Under the pieces are notes generated by a model that ran no database searches, was not told where the DNA came from, and saw only the letters and a list, made by a program, of their open reading frames with translations. Positions 8,516 to 16,848 of a stretch of DNA of 32,000 bases are shown here, piece by piece. The translations under genes and the position numbers were made by a program. This DNA comes from Trichlorobacter lovleyi SZ (GTDB taxonomy: Bacteria; Desulfobacterota; Desulfuromonadia; Geobacterales; Pseudopelobacteraceae): contig NC_010814.1 in assembly GCF_000020385.1 (NCBI RefSeq), positions 2,340,001 to 2,372,000 on the forward strand. The letters run 5' to 3'. The stretch's first letter is position 1. Each line of letters begins with the position of its first letter.

Positions 8516-10848
8516 GCTGCATTACCCTTCAACAGATCATCCAGCAGCCCTTCCGCCTCCTGCTCCACCGCCAGGATGTCGGCACGAATCTCTTCCAGGG
8601 TCCGCAACGGTTGCGGTTTGTAGAAATGCCGGGTAAAGCTGATCTCATAACCGATCTTGGTCTTGGACTCATCCAGCCAGGCATCCGGTGTATAGGGCAG
8701 CACCTCCCGCTGAATAAACGCCTCAATACCGCCATCCTCCAACAGCGGCACCTGCTCAGTATCACGCAGGTCGGTATCCGGCTCGTACTCAACCACGCAT
8801 GCTTTACCGTCTATGGTTACGGGATACAGCCCCCGCAACGGATCAGGTGTGGCCTTGCCCGGCTTGTGCAGCCTGGCGATAACCGGTGGCGCTGTTTCCA
8901 CCCGCCAACTGACTGCCTTGAGGATCAGCTTCAGCTCAGCGGCAGGCAGCTTACGGCCCAGTTTCTTCAGGGCGGTGTCAACATCAATGCGGAAGCGGTT
9001 GTGATCCTCATACAGATCGCCACCCAGCAGATCCCGCAGTGACTGGGCAGTTTCCATCAGCCGGGCATCACGCGCCCAGGTTCCGGCATCCAGCAGCTTT
9101 TTCTTTTTCTTCTCTGAGAGGCCCTTGCGGGGGGCTTCGTCGTCTTCCCCTTCGTCATCGCCTGCACCCCATTCAGCCAGGCGCTTGGCCAGTTCTTTCT
9201 CTATGCTGCTGAACTGTTCAAACAGGACATCACCAAACTCCTCATACAACTGCGTCCGAATCTCCTCATCCCCGGAGGCAAAACGTAATGACTCAATGGC
9301 CGGAAGGGATAACTGACTGTGCAGGCGCAGCGGGCGCTCCACCGTGACCTTCCAGTAGCCGAATGCCTTGTTCTGAAAAATCTTTGACTGCTCTGATTCA
9401 GTGAAGGATTGATAGGTGTCGCAGATGCGCTGGATATCATCATCGGACAGCTCGCAGTTCTTCTTGCCCAGGTTCTTGCGTAACGGCTTGAACCAGGCGG
9501 TGGCATCGATCAGCTGTACCTTGCCCTTGCGGTGATCCGGCTTACGGTTGGACAATACCCAGATATAAGTGGCAATGCCGGTGTTGTAGAACAGGTTAAG
9601 CGGCAGGGCTACAATGGCCTCCAGCCAGTCTTTCTCAATGATCCAGCGCCGGATGTTGCTCTCCCCCTGACCTGCATCGCCGGTGAATAATGAGGAACCG
9701 TTGTGGACTTCGGCAATCCGACTGCCCAGCCGGGATGTGTGGTTCATCTTGGCAACCATGTTGGCCAGAAACATCATCTGACCATCGCTGGAGCGGGTTA
9801 TCAGGGAATAGTCAGTATCATCGGCATGGGTGATCTTGAAACGGGAGTCACGGATGCCGTCCTTGCCCCCCATGGTGTCCAGGTCTTTTTTCCAGCTCTT
9901 GCCGTAGGGCGGATTGGAGAGCATGAAATCAAATTCATGGGCCGGGAAGGCATCGTGCGCCAGGGTAGACCACTCAGCACCGCCCACAATATGGTCGGCG
10001 TTTTCTCCTTCACCTTTCATCAGCATATCAGCCTTGCAGATGGCGTAGGTTTCAGGGTTGATCTCCTGGCCGAACAGGTAGGTCTTCACCTGTTTGTCCT
10101 GGGCAGCGGTCAGCTCCAACAAGGTTTCTTCAGCCAGGGTCAGCATGCCGCCGGTACCGCAGGCCCCGTCATAGAGCTGGTACGAACCAGACTGCACCTG
10201 ATCGGCAATCGGCAGGAAGATCAAGCGAGCCATCAACTTGACGGCATCACGGGGTGTCCAGTGTTCACCGGCCTCTTCGTTGTTGTCCTCATTGAACTTA
10301 CGGACCAGCTCTTCAAAGACCGTCCCCATGGAGTGGTTATCCATGGCTGGAAGCCGTACCGAGCCGTCGCTGTTCAGCACCGGATTGGGACTTACGTTGA
10401 TGTCGGGATCAAGGAACTTTTCAATCAGGGTACCGATGGCATCGGCCTTGGACAGAGTGCTGATCTGGTTGCGAAACTTGAAGTTTTCCAGAATATCCTG
10501 GACGTTCTGCGAAAACCCGTCCAGATAATCCTCAAAATCAAGTTTGAGTTGCTGTTGGTTGGCACGGGAGCGCAGATCACGCAGGGTGAATCTGGAGGTG
10601 TTATAGAAAGCCTGTCCGGCTGCCTCGCACAGGGCTGCCTTCTGCTCGGTAATCCCGGCATCATCCAGCATCTGTTTGGTATCCAGTACTGCCTGCTTGG
10701 TTGGTTCCAGTACGGCATCCAGACGACGCAGTACACACATCGGCAGGATTACATCAGGGTACTTGCCCCGCTTGAACAGGTCGCGTAGCACATCATCGGC
10801 AATGCCCCAGATAAAGGAGACAATCTTGTTGTGGGTGGCTTGATCCAT
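8512..10848 (-). CDS. hsdM: Type I restriction-modification N6-adenine DNA methyltransferase subunit
   Basis: The N-terminus is HsdM_N-like (NKIVSFIWGIADDVLRD). The AdoMet motif is YDGACGTGGML and the catalytic motif is MLSNPPYGKSW. I place the start at the ATG at 10846-10848. The track start at 10851 is a TTG one codon upstream. A C-terminal extension of about 270 aa follows the methylase core. Confidence 0.93.
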   Translation of the reverse strand: MDQATHNKIVSFIWGIADDVLRDLFKRGKYPDVILPMCVLRRLDAVLEPTKQAVLDTKQMLDDAGITEQKAALCEAAGQAFYNTSRFTLRDLRSRANQQQLKLDFEDYLDGFSQNVQDILENFKFRNQISTLSKADAIGTLIEKFLDPDINVSPNPVLNSDGSVRLPAMDNHSMGTVFEELVRKFNEDNNEEAGEHWTPRDAVKLMARLIFLPIADQVQSGSYQLYDGACGTGGMLTLAEETLLELTAAQDKQVKTYLFGQEINPETYAICKADMLMKGEGENADHIVGGAEWSTLAHDAFPAHEFDFMLSNPPYGKSWKKDLDTMGGKDGIRDSRFKITHADDTDYSLITRSSDGQMMFLANMVAKMNHTSRLGSRIAEVHNGSSLFTGDAGQGESNIRRWIIEKDWLEAIVALPLNLFYNTGIATYIWVLSNRKPDHRKGKVQLIDATAWFKPLRKNLGKKNCELSDDDIQRICDTYQSFTESEQSKIFQNKAFGYWKVTVERPLRLHSQLSLPAIESLRFASGDEEIRTQLYEEFGDVLFEQFSSIEKELAKRLAEWGAGDDEGEDDEAPRKGLSEKKKKKLLDAGTWARDARLMETAQSLRDLLGGDLYEDHNRFRIDVDTALKKLGRKLPAAELKLILKAVSWRVETAPPVIARLHKPGKATPDPLRGLYPVTIDGKACVVEYEPDTDLRDTEQVPLLEDGGIEAFIQREVLPYTPDAWLDESKTKIGYEISFTRHFYKPQPLRTLEEIRADILAVEQEAEGLLDDLLKGNAA

Positions 10849-11690
10849 CAATTCGCCTCACTGTCTATCCAGCGGTTAAACTTGGTCAGGGCCTGGCCGC
10901 TGCCCACCTCTATGCAGCGGTTGAAACCGGTGGCACGAACCGCCTTCCAGGTCCGCTCCCAGTAAACCGGCTGCTGCAGCTCATCAACCAGGAAGGCAGG
11001 GATAGCAGCGGCGGTCAGACGGGTTTGAGCAAGTGACTCAATCAGCGGAATCTGCGGTTCTGCAAAATGATACTCAGCAACAATCGCTGCCAGATCAGCA
11101 GCAACCCCGGCCATCAGCGGTGTATGCAGCGGGGCTTCGCAGGGAAAGCTGCTGACACTGAAGGCACCTTGCGCCTGACACTCTGCCAGGGCGGCTTCAA
11201 TCCCCTGTTGGGGACCGGCCAGCAGGAAGTGACGGGAGGTATTGTAATTTGCCACAAAGACTCCGTTATTACGGGCTGCAGACTCTAGCGGAGCAGCCTG
11301 CAGGCCGATGACACAGCCCAAGGCATAGGTGGCGGCGGCACTCATCCGGGCCATGCTGCTGCCGATCCGGCAGACCAGCTCCAGGGCCTCCTGTTCACCG
11401 ATACTGTTTGCGGCAGCCAGCGCGGCGTAAATCCCCAGGGAGTGCTCGGCAATCAGGGCGGGACGGCAATCTTCGCTGCGCAGCCTTCTGCTCCGGTAAA
11501 GTGACATGGCCACACCGTAAATCTGCAGGCAGGTATGATGGCTCAGCTGGCAGCCGCTGAGCGGCTGATGGGAGACCAAGTCGTAGCCGCAGCACTCCCG
11601 GCACAGTTCGGCAATGGCGCGGAAGTCTGCATCGTCCGGTGTACTCTGTTCCCACTGCAGCGGCTGTCCGGGAAAGGCCCAGAGTATCAT
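10848..11690 (-). CDS. FabD-like (malonyl-CoA:ACP transacylase family) acyltransferase
   Basis: The nucleophile elbow AEHSLGIYAALAAA compares with FabD GHSLGEY. Also present are FPGQ-like WAFPGQPLQW near the N-terminus and PLHTPLM, a His-containing C-terminal motif. I prefer the ATG at 11688-11690 because it overlaps the TGA of the upstream radical SAM gene (ATGA). The track ORF extends to 11774. Confidence 0.65.
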   Translation of the reverse strand: MILWAFPGQPLQWEQSTPDDADFRAIAELCRECCGYDLVSHQPLSGCQLSHHTCLQIYGVAMSLYRSRRLRSEDCRPALIAEHSLGIYAALAAANSIGEQEALELVCRIGSSMARMSAAATYALGCVIGLQAAPLESAARNNGVFVANYNTSRHFLLAGPQQGIEAALAECQAQGAFSVSSFPCEAPLHTPLMAGVAADLAAIVAEYHFAEPQIPLIESLAQTRLTAAAIPAFLVDELQQPVYWERTWKAVRATGFNRCIEVGSGQALTKFNRWIDSEAN

Positions 11691-13114
11691 GGGGCACCTC
11701 CTGTTCCCGCCGGGCAGCTGGCACGGTATTCCTTCATATATTCCGCAGGTTTCATCATCCGCTGGGTGCGCCACAGGACCCGGATGATGTACGGGATCTG
11801 GGAAGGGCGCACCTGTCTGACCCAGTCCATGATCCCCTTGTCTCCGGCAGTATTCAGGATTGAACGGCGCCAGGTCTCGGCATACAGCTCAAAAAACCGT
11901 TCAGGCCCCAGCCTCGGTTCCCAGAGCAGATGGTGCATGTCAAAGTTTGACCAAGGCTGACCAGCGGTTCGGTGGGCAACAGTACGGTAATAGTCGGTGC
12001 CGGGCAAGGGGGTCAGGATGGTGAATCCGGCCCGTTGCAGACCGTACTGTTCCACAAACCCCCAGAGCTGCCTGAAGCCCTCCTCGTCCCAGTCAGGATC
12101 AACCAGGAAATTGCCGTTGATGCCATACTTCAGCTCCCGGGCAATCCGTACCGCCTCAATGCTTTCTTTGATGCCGCTGTCTTTGTCCAGACCGGACAGC
12201 CCGTTGTCACTGGCCGCCTCCAACCCCAGAAAGATGTCAAAGTCCTTTGCCAGGGGGCGCCAGGCCGCCATGATAGCGGCGCTTCTGCAGATCAGGTCGG
12301 TGCGGGTCTGGACAAGTATCCAGCGTTTATAGACCCCGCGCTTCTTGAGCGCCGCTGCCAGTTCCAGGGAGCGGGCCGGATTGTACCAGAACAGATCGTC
12401 GGCCACAAAAACCGCATCACCGCTGGTGGCAAAGTCCTCCACCACCGCCGCAATGGAACGCTCCCGGCAGGTACGGTCGTACAGCTGCCAGACCGAGCAG
12501 AAGGAGCAGCGGTGGGGGCAGCCCCGGGCGGTCTCGATCAGCCAGACCGGCTTGAACAGCAGGCAGTGGTAGCCGTTGCGGTACTGCCTGACCAGATCAC
12601 GGGCAGGCAGCGGCACCAGATCCAGTGCCGGACGTTCCTCAAGCCGGGGGGTACTCTGCCAGCCGTCCGGTCTGCGCAGCCGCAACCCCGGCACCTGGTC
12701 CAGCGGTTCCCCCCGCTCCAGACAGCCTGCCAGCAACGGCATCAGACTCTCCCCATCCTCCACCATCACGGCATCAACCACATTGTTTTCCAGCGGTCCG
12801 GAGAAGGCCGCAGCAGCGTGTCCCCCCACGATGATGAATACTTCCGGCGCCAGACGCCGCACCTCACGGGCGGTTGCCAGCACCTGCTCGAACTCAAGGG
12901 TATGCAGACAGCTGATGCCGACCAGTCGGGGCCGTGAGCGGCGCAGCACCGTGGCAAGCCCGGGACGGAAGCGCAGGTCGGCAATCGTGACCTGATGATG
13001 GTCCTGCAACAGGGCTGCAGCGATATATTCAAGGCCCAGCGGTTCAACACAAAAGAACGGTCCCAGACCGAACTTGTCATGACCGGGATGGGGGCGCAGC
13101 AACAGAATGTTCAT
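11687..13114 (-). CDS. Cobalamin-binding-domain radical SAM protein
   Basis: 475 aa. The B12-like N-terminal domain is followed by ARGCPHRCSFCSVW (CxxxCxxC) and ILTPLPGT. It shows ATGA overlap with the upstream gene. Confidence 0.85.
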   Translation of the reverse strand: MNILLLRPHPGHDKFGLGPFFCVEPLGLEYIAAALLQDHHQVTIADLRFRPGLATVLRRSRPRLVGISCLHTLEFEQVLATAREVRRLAPEVFIIVGGHAAAAFSGPLENNVVDAVMVEDGESLMPLLAGCLERGEPLDQVPGLRLRRPDGWQSTPRLEERPALDLVPLPARDLVRQYRNGYHCLLFKPVWLIETARGCPHRCSFCSVWQLYDRTCRERSIAAVVEDFATSGDAVFVADDLFWYNPARSLELAAALKKRGVYKRWILVQTRTDLICRSAAIMAAWRPLAKDFDIFLGLEAASDNGLSGLDKDSGIKESIEAVRIARELKYGINGNFLVDPDWDEEGFRQLWGFVEQYGLQRAGFTILTPLPGTDYYRTVAHRTAGQPWSNFDMHHLLWEPRLGPERFFELYAETWRRSILNTAGDKGIMDWVRQVRPSQIPYIIRVLWRTQRMMKPAEYMKEYRASCPAGTGGAP

Positions 13115-14391
13115 GTTGTTTTCTCCTCCCTGCCGTAAATCCCGCCCCGCCGCAGGAGGTTGTACAACAGGTTGACCCCTTTGCCGGGGCTCTGCATGAC
13201 CCGTCCGGCAATCGCAGGCCAGCGGTAGGCCTCTTGGCGGGCCTGTACCCAGCCATTGTATAGACGTTCAGGAGACATCTGCTTGGGCTGATATACCACC
13301 TGACCATGGTCATAGCGCTGCCAGTCAGTATGCAGCAACCTCCCCTCCTGCTGAAACTGCGAGAACAGCGCAGTGCCGGGATAGGGGGTCAGAATATGAA
13401 AGGTGGGCAGGCTGGCTGCACAGTTTTCCAGGTAACGCACGGTTCGCTCAAACACTCCTGCATCATGATCGTCAAATCCAAAGATAACCGAGGCCTCCAC
13501 CACCACGCCGGTATCCCGGACCCGCTTGATCAGGTCAGCCTGGGAGGTCTTGCCGGCGGTCTTGGGGAGGTTGGCATACTCGCCATCCACAGATTCAAGC
13601 CCCACAAAAATACCGACACAACCGGAGGCAGCCAGCAGCCGGACCAGTTCCGGGTCTTCAGCAAAACGCAGGTTGGCTTGTCCGCCCCACTTCAACCCCA
13701 TACCGGCCATCCCACGCAGGATCGGCTTGGCCCGTTCCGGGTCCCCCAGGATATTGTCATCCAGAAACACCATCAGACCTGGCTTGAAACTCCTCAGTTC
13801 TGCCAACACATCCTCCGGCTCACGGTAGCGAAAGGTACGTCCGAAGTGGGGGGTAACCGTACAGAAGGGACAGTTGTAGGGGCAGCCGCGGCTGGCCTGC
13901 AGGGTCCTGGTGGTCAGATATTTACGGGGGGCCAGGAAATCATGGCGTGACCAGGGAATGGACAACTGATCCCCCTCCGGCAGCACCTGATAGAACGGCT
14001 GTAACTGTCCCTGTTGCAGATCATGCAGCAAAGCGGCCCAGACCGGCTCGGCCTCCCCCAGCACCACGCTGTCGGCATGTTTGATCGCCTCATCCGGCAG
14101 CACCGTGGGATGGATCCCCCCCAGCACCACCGGCACCCCCCGTGCGCGAAAGCGATCCGCAATCCGGTAGGCCCGCACCGCCTGATGGGTCATGGCCGTG
14201 ATCCCAACCAGGTCATAGTCACCATCAAAATCAATTTCTTCCTGCACCTCGTCAGCAAGCAGCACCTCCCATTCAGGCGGTGTGGCAGCGGCGACCTGCT
14301 TAAGAGACAGGGAAGGCAGCTGAAATCGCTTGACCCAGCCCAGTTTATGGGTGGCAGGGTACACCAGCAGCAGACGGGGTTTTACGGTCAT
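13111..14391 (-). CDS. Cobalamin-binding-domain radical SAM protein (paralog of 14388-15674)
   Basis: 426 aa with SRGCPYNCPFCTV, GLKW, CVGIFVGLES and ILTPYPGT. It aligns along its whole length with the 428-aa neighbour. It shows ATGA overlap with the upstream gene. Confidence 0.85.
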   Translation of the reverse strand: MTVKPRLLLVYPATHKLGWVKRFQLPSLSLKQVAAATPPEWEVLLADEVQEEIDFDGDYDLVGITAMTHQAVRAYRIADRFRARGVPVVLGGIHPTVLPDEAIKHADSVVLGEAEPVWAALLHDLQQGQLQPFYQVLPEGDQLSIPWSRHDFLAPRKYLTTRTLQASRGCPYNCPFCTVTPHFGRTFRYREPEDVLAELRSFKPGLMVFLDDNILGDPERAKPILRGMAGMGLKWGGQANLRFAEDPELVRLLAASGCVGIFVGLESVDGEYANLPKTAGKTSQADLIKRVRDTGVVVEASVIFGFDDHDAGVFERTVRYLENCAASLPTFHILTPYPGTALFSQFQQEGRLLHTDWQRYDHGQVVYQPKQMSPERLYNGWVQARQEAYRWPAIAGRVMQSPGKGVNLLYNLLRRGGIYGREEKTT

Positions 14392-15674
14392 GCATCGGCC
14401 CGTTTTTTTCGGATGGCGGAGCGGAAGCCGATATTCATCGGACCAAAGACCTGGACAGAACGGTGCAGCTTGAAGATACGGCGGTAGATGGAGCCCCAGG
14501 AGTAGAAACTGCGGCAGGCCTGATCATAGCCGTCCTGCAGTTGTTGGACCGTCATCCCCCGAGGCTGGAAGGTAACATGCTCCATATCGTAATCCTGCCA
14601 GTTATTGCTGATAATCCGCCCTTCAGCCTCAAGTCTCTGTCGCACCTTGGTACCGGGATAAGGGGTCAGGATCGGGAAGATGGCGGCCTCAAGCCGGGCA
14701 TCTTCGCAGAAGCGCAGGGTCTGTTCAAAGACCGCCGGAGTATCGCCATCGCAACCCATCACAAAGGAGCCCAGGATGCCGATGCCGTGATCCCGAAACT
14801 GCTGGGCATAGGCTTTGTAGGACGCAGCCTTGTTGGTTACCTTGCCCATGGCTGCCAGAGAGTCCTGATTCAGCGATTCAAAACCGACGAACATGCCGAC
14901 ACAACCGGATTCACCGGCAGCCTTTAAGAGCTCTTGATCTTCTGCAAAATCAATCGGGGCGTGGGAGAGCCACTTCAGGCCCATCCCCTTCATCCCCTCA
15001 AAGAGCGGTAAGGAATAACGCCGGTCAGCCACGATGTTGTCATCCACAAAAAAGACAAAGGAGTTGGCCTTACGCAGTTCCTGCAGTTCGGCCAGCACCT
15101 GCTCCAGTGGACGTTTGCGGTATTTGCGCCCGTAAAAGGCGGTGACCGAGCAGAACTCGCAATCAAAGGGACAACCGCGGGTAGTCTGGATGGTATTGGT
15201 AAAGAGATGACCGGAACCTTTGAAGATCTCCCGCCTGGCCTGGGGAATCAAGGCTGTGTCTATCAGCCCGTCTGCCCGATAAAGCCGCTGCAGTTGACCC
15301 GCCTGAAAGTCTGCTAACAACCGGGGCCAGACCAGCTCCCCCTCTCCCACCACGACACTATCCACATGCTGCAGCGACTCATCCGGCAGGTTACTGGCGT
15401 GAAAGCCCCCCATCACCACCGTCTTGCCACGGCTGCGAAAGGCATCCGCCAGCTGGTAGGCACGGGTTGCCTGGGCGGTCATGGCGGTCAGGGCGATCAG
15501 GTCTGCATCGGTATCAAAGTTAGTTGCACGGACAGCATCATCATGAAAGCTGACATCCCAATCCTGAGGAGTAACCGCAGCCAGGGATGCCAGTGACAGG
15601 GTGGGAAATTTAAAGCCCAGTTCTCCCCACAACCGACCTTTGGGCCAACCAGGGGAGAGAAAGAGAATTTTCAT
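14388..15674 (-). CDS. Cobalamin-binding-domain radical SAM protein (paralog of 13111-14391)
   Basis: 428 aa with TRGCPFDCEFCSV, GLKW, CVGMFVGFES and ILTPYPGT. Confidence 0.85.
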   Translation of the reverse strand: MKILFLSPGWPKGRLWGELGFKFPTLSLASLAAVTPQDWDVSFHDDAVRATNFDTDADLIALTAMTAQATRAYQLADAFRSRGKTVVMGGFHASNLPDESLQHVDSVVVGEGELVWPRLLADFQAGQLQRLYRADGLIDTALIPQARREIFKGSGHLFTNTIQTTRGCPFDCEFCSVTAFYGRKYRKRPLEQVLAELQELRKANSFVFFVDDNIVADRRYSLPLFEGMKGMGLKWLSHAPIDFAEDQELLKAAGESGCVGMFVGFESLNQDSLAAMGKVTNKAASYKAYAQQFRDHGIGILGSFVMGCDGDTPAVFEQTLRFCEDARLEAAIFPILTPYPGTKVRQRLEAEGRIISNNWQDYDMEHVTFQPRGMTVQQLQDGYDQACRSFYSWGSIYRRIFKLHRSVQVFGPMNIGFRSAIRKKRADA

Positions 15675-15689
15675 CAGCTGTTCCGGTGG

Positions 15690-15947
15690 CTACTTGCCGT
15701 TTTCAGCGATGTAACCGGCCATAGCCCGCACAGAGGCAAACACCTTGGTACCGGTTGCAGCATCAGGCACCACAACACCAAAATCCTTTTCCATTGCCAC
15801 CACCAGCTGCAAGGCATCTATGGAGTCAAGCCCCAGTCCTTCACCGAACAGGGGGGCATCACTGTCAATCTCGTCCGCAGACATCCCCTCAATCCGCAGG
15901 GCATCAATAATCATCTGTTTTACTTTGGGAATCAGCTCATCACTCAT
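15690..15947 (-). CDS. Acyl carrier protein
   Basis: 85 aa and acidic. The phosphopantetheine attachment motif is LGLDSIDALQLV. It overlaps the upstream acyltransferase gene by 8 nt. Confidence 0.85.
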   Translation of the reverse strand: MSDELIPKVKQMIIDALRIEGMSADEIDSDAPLFGEGLGLDSIDALQLVVAMEKDFGVVVPDAATGTKVFASVRAMAGYIAENGK

Positions 15948-16848
15948 CTGCTATCCTTTTCTTGCGGGAAGTGTCGGCCCAAAAATCAAAAAAGTTATAC
16001 CACTGATCCGGATACTGTCGAATGTAACGTTCAAAAACAGCAACCAGCTGCTCCATACCGGCCTTGATTGACTGGCGATGGTGGCCGTGGCTGCTCTGAA
16101 AGAATATCGGCTCATCCATCAGCGTTGCGTAGCGGCCATCAGGCAGAAGCGGGACAAACACCGGCAATACCGGCGCGCCAGTGGCCATGGCAAGATAGGC
16201 AGCGCCAACCGGAATATCCGTTGGCTGGCCGAAAAAATCAAGCTGAACCGTATTGGAAGAGCCATCGCGGTCACCGATCAGACAGATAATCTCGTTGCGC
16301 CGCAGGGCGTTAACCGCCTCTATCACTGCCAGAGGTGAGGTGTCATGGCGGTCAACGTAGATCACGCCGATGCCCCGTTCTGTGCGCACCTGCTCTCGCT
16401 GCTGGTTGACCTTTGCATCCGGCTCGGGAAAGGTCATCACATGCAGCTTGTAGCCCAGATCCGCCAGGCCAAGTCCCCCCAGCTCCCAGTTACCGAAATG
16501 GGGCGAGACCAGGATCGCGCCGCTGCCTTTGGCAAGGGCATCATCCAGCGCCTTGCCGGAACTGCGTTGGCCGATCAGGGCCTGAAGACGGTCGCCCCGC
16601 AACTGGATCATCAGCATCACATCACACCAGTTCCGGGCATATTTGTAGTAACTGGCGATCAGCAGCCTCTCAACCTGCCGTCTGCCGGTCACTATCCGCA
16701 GGTTCGCCCGCATGCCCCGGCGCTGCCGTGGTGTCAGCAGGTAAAACAGTGTCCCCCAGAACAGGGCAAAGGGGGCATGCAGCCAGCGGGGCACCAGCAT
16801 GGTAAACAGCTTGATAAAGAACAGGTTGAGACTGCTGTAAAGCGACAT
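15940..16848 (-). CDS. LpxL/HtrB-type lysophospholipid (lauroyl/myristoyl) acyltransferase family protein
   Basis: 302 aa with an N-terminal hydrophobic anchor. The HX4(D/E) motif is SPHFGNWELGG, and PVGAAYLAMATGAPVLPV is also present. Its ATG shares one base with the upstream TAA (TAATG). Confidence 0.8.
   Translation of the reverse strand: MSLYSSLNLFFIKLFTMLVPRWLHAPFALFWGTLFYLLTPRQRRGMRANLRIVTGRRQVERLLIASYYKYARNWCDVMLMIQLRGDRLQALIGQRSSGKALDDALAKGSGAILVSPHFGNWELGGLGLADLGYKLHVMTFPEPDAKVNQQREQVRTERGIGVIYVDRHDTSPLAVIEAVNALRRNEIICLIGDRDGSSNTVQLDFFGQPTDIPVGAAYLAMATGAPVLPVFVPLLPDGRYATLMDEPIFFQSSHGHHRQSIKAGMEQLVAVFERYIRQYPDQWYNFFDFWADTSRKKRIADE

Noticed and set aside
11687-13114. Assigning the 475-aa B12-rSAM protein as hopanoid HpnJ, with GT2 as HpnI and the deacetylase as HpnK.
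   Set aside because: The N-terminus does not resemble what I recall of HpnJ. The cluster also contains an ACP, a FabD-like enzyme and a thioesterase, which point to acyl chemistry. No squalene-hopene cyclase or hpnH is in view. I keep this only as an analogy.
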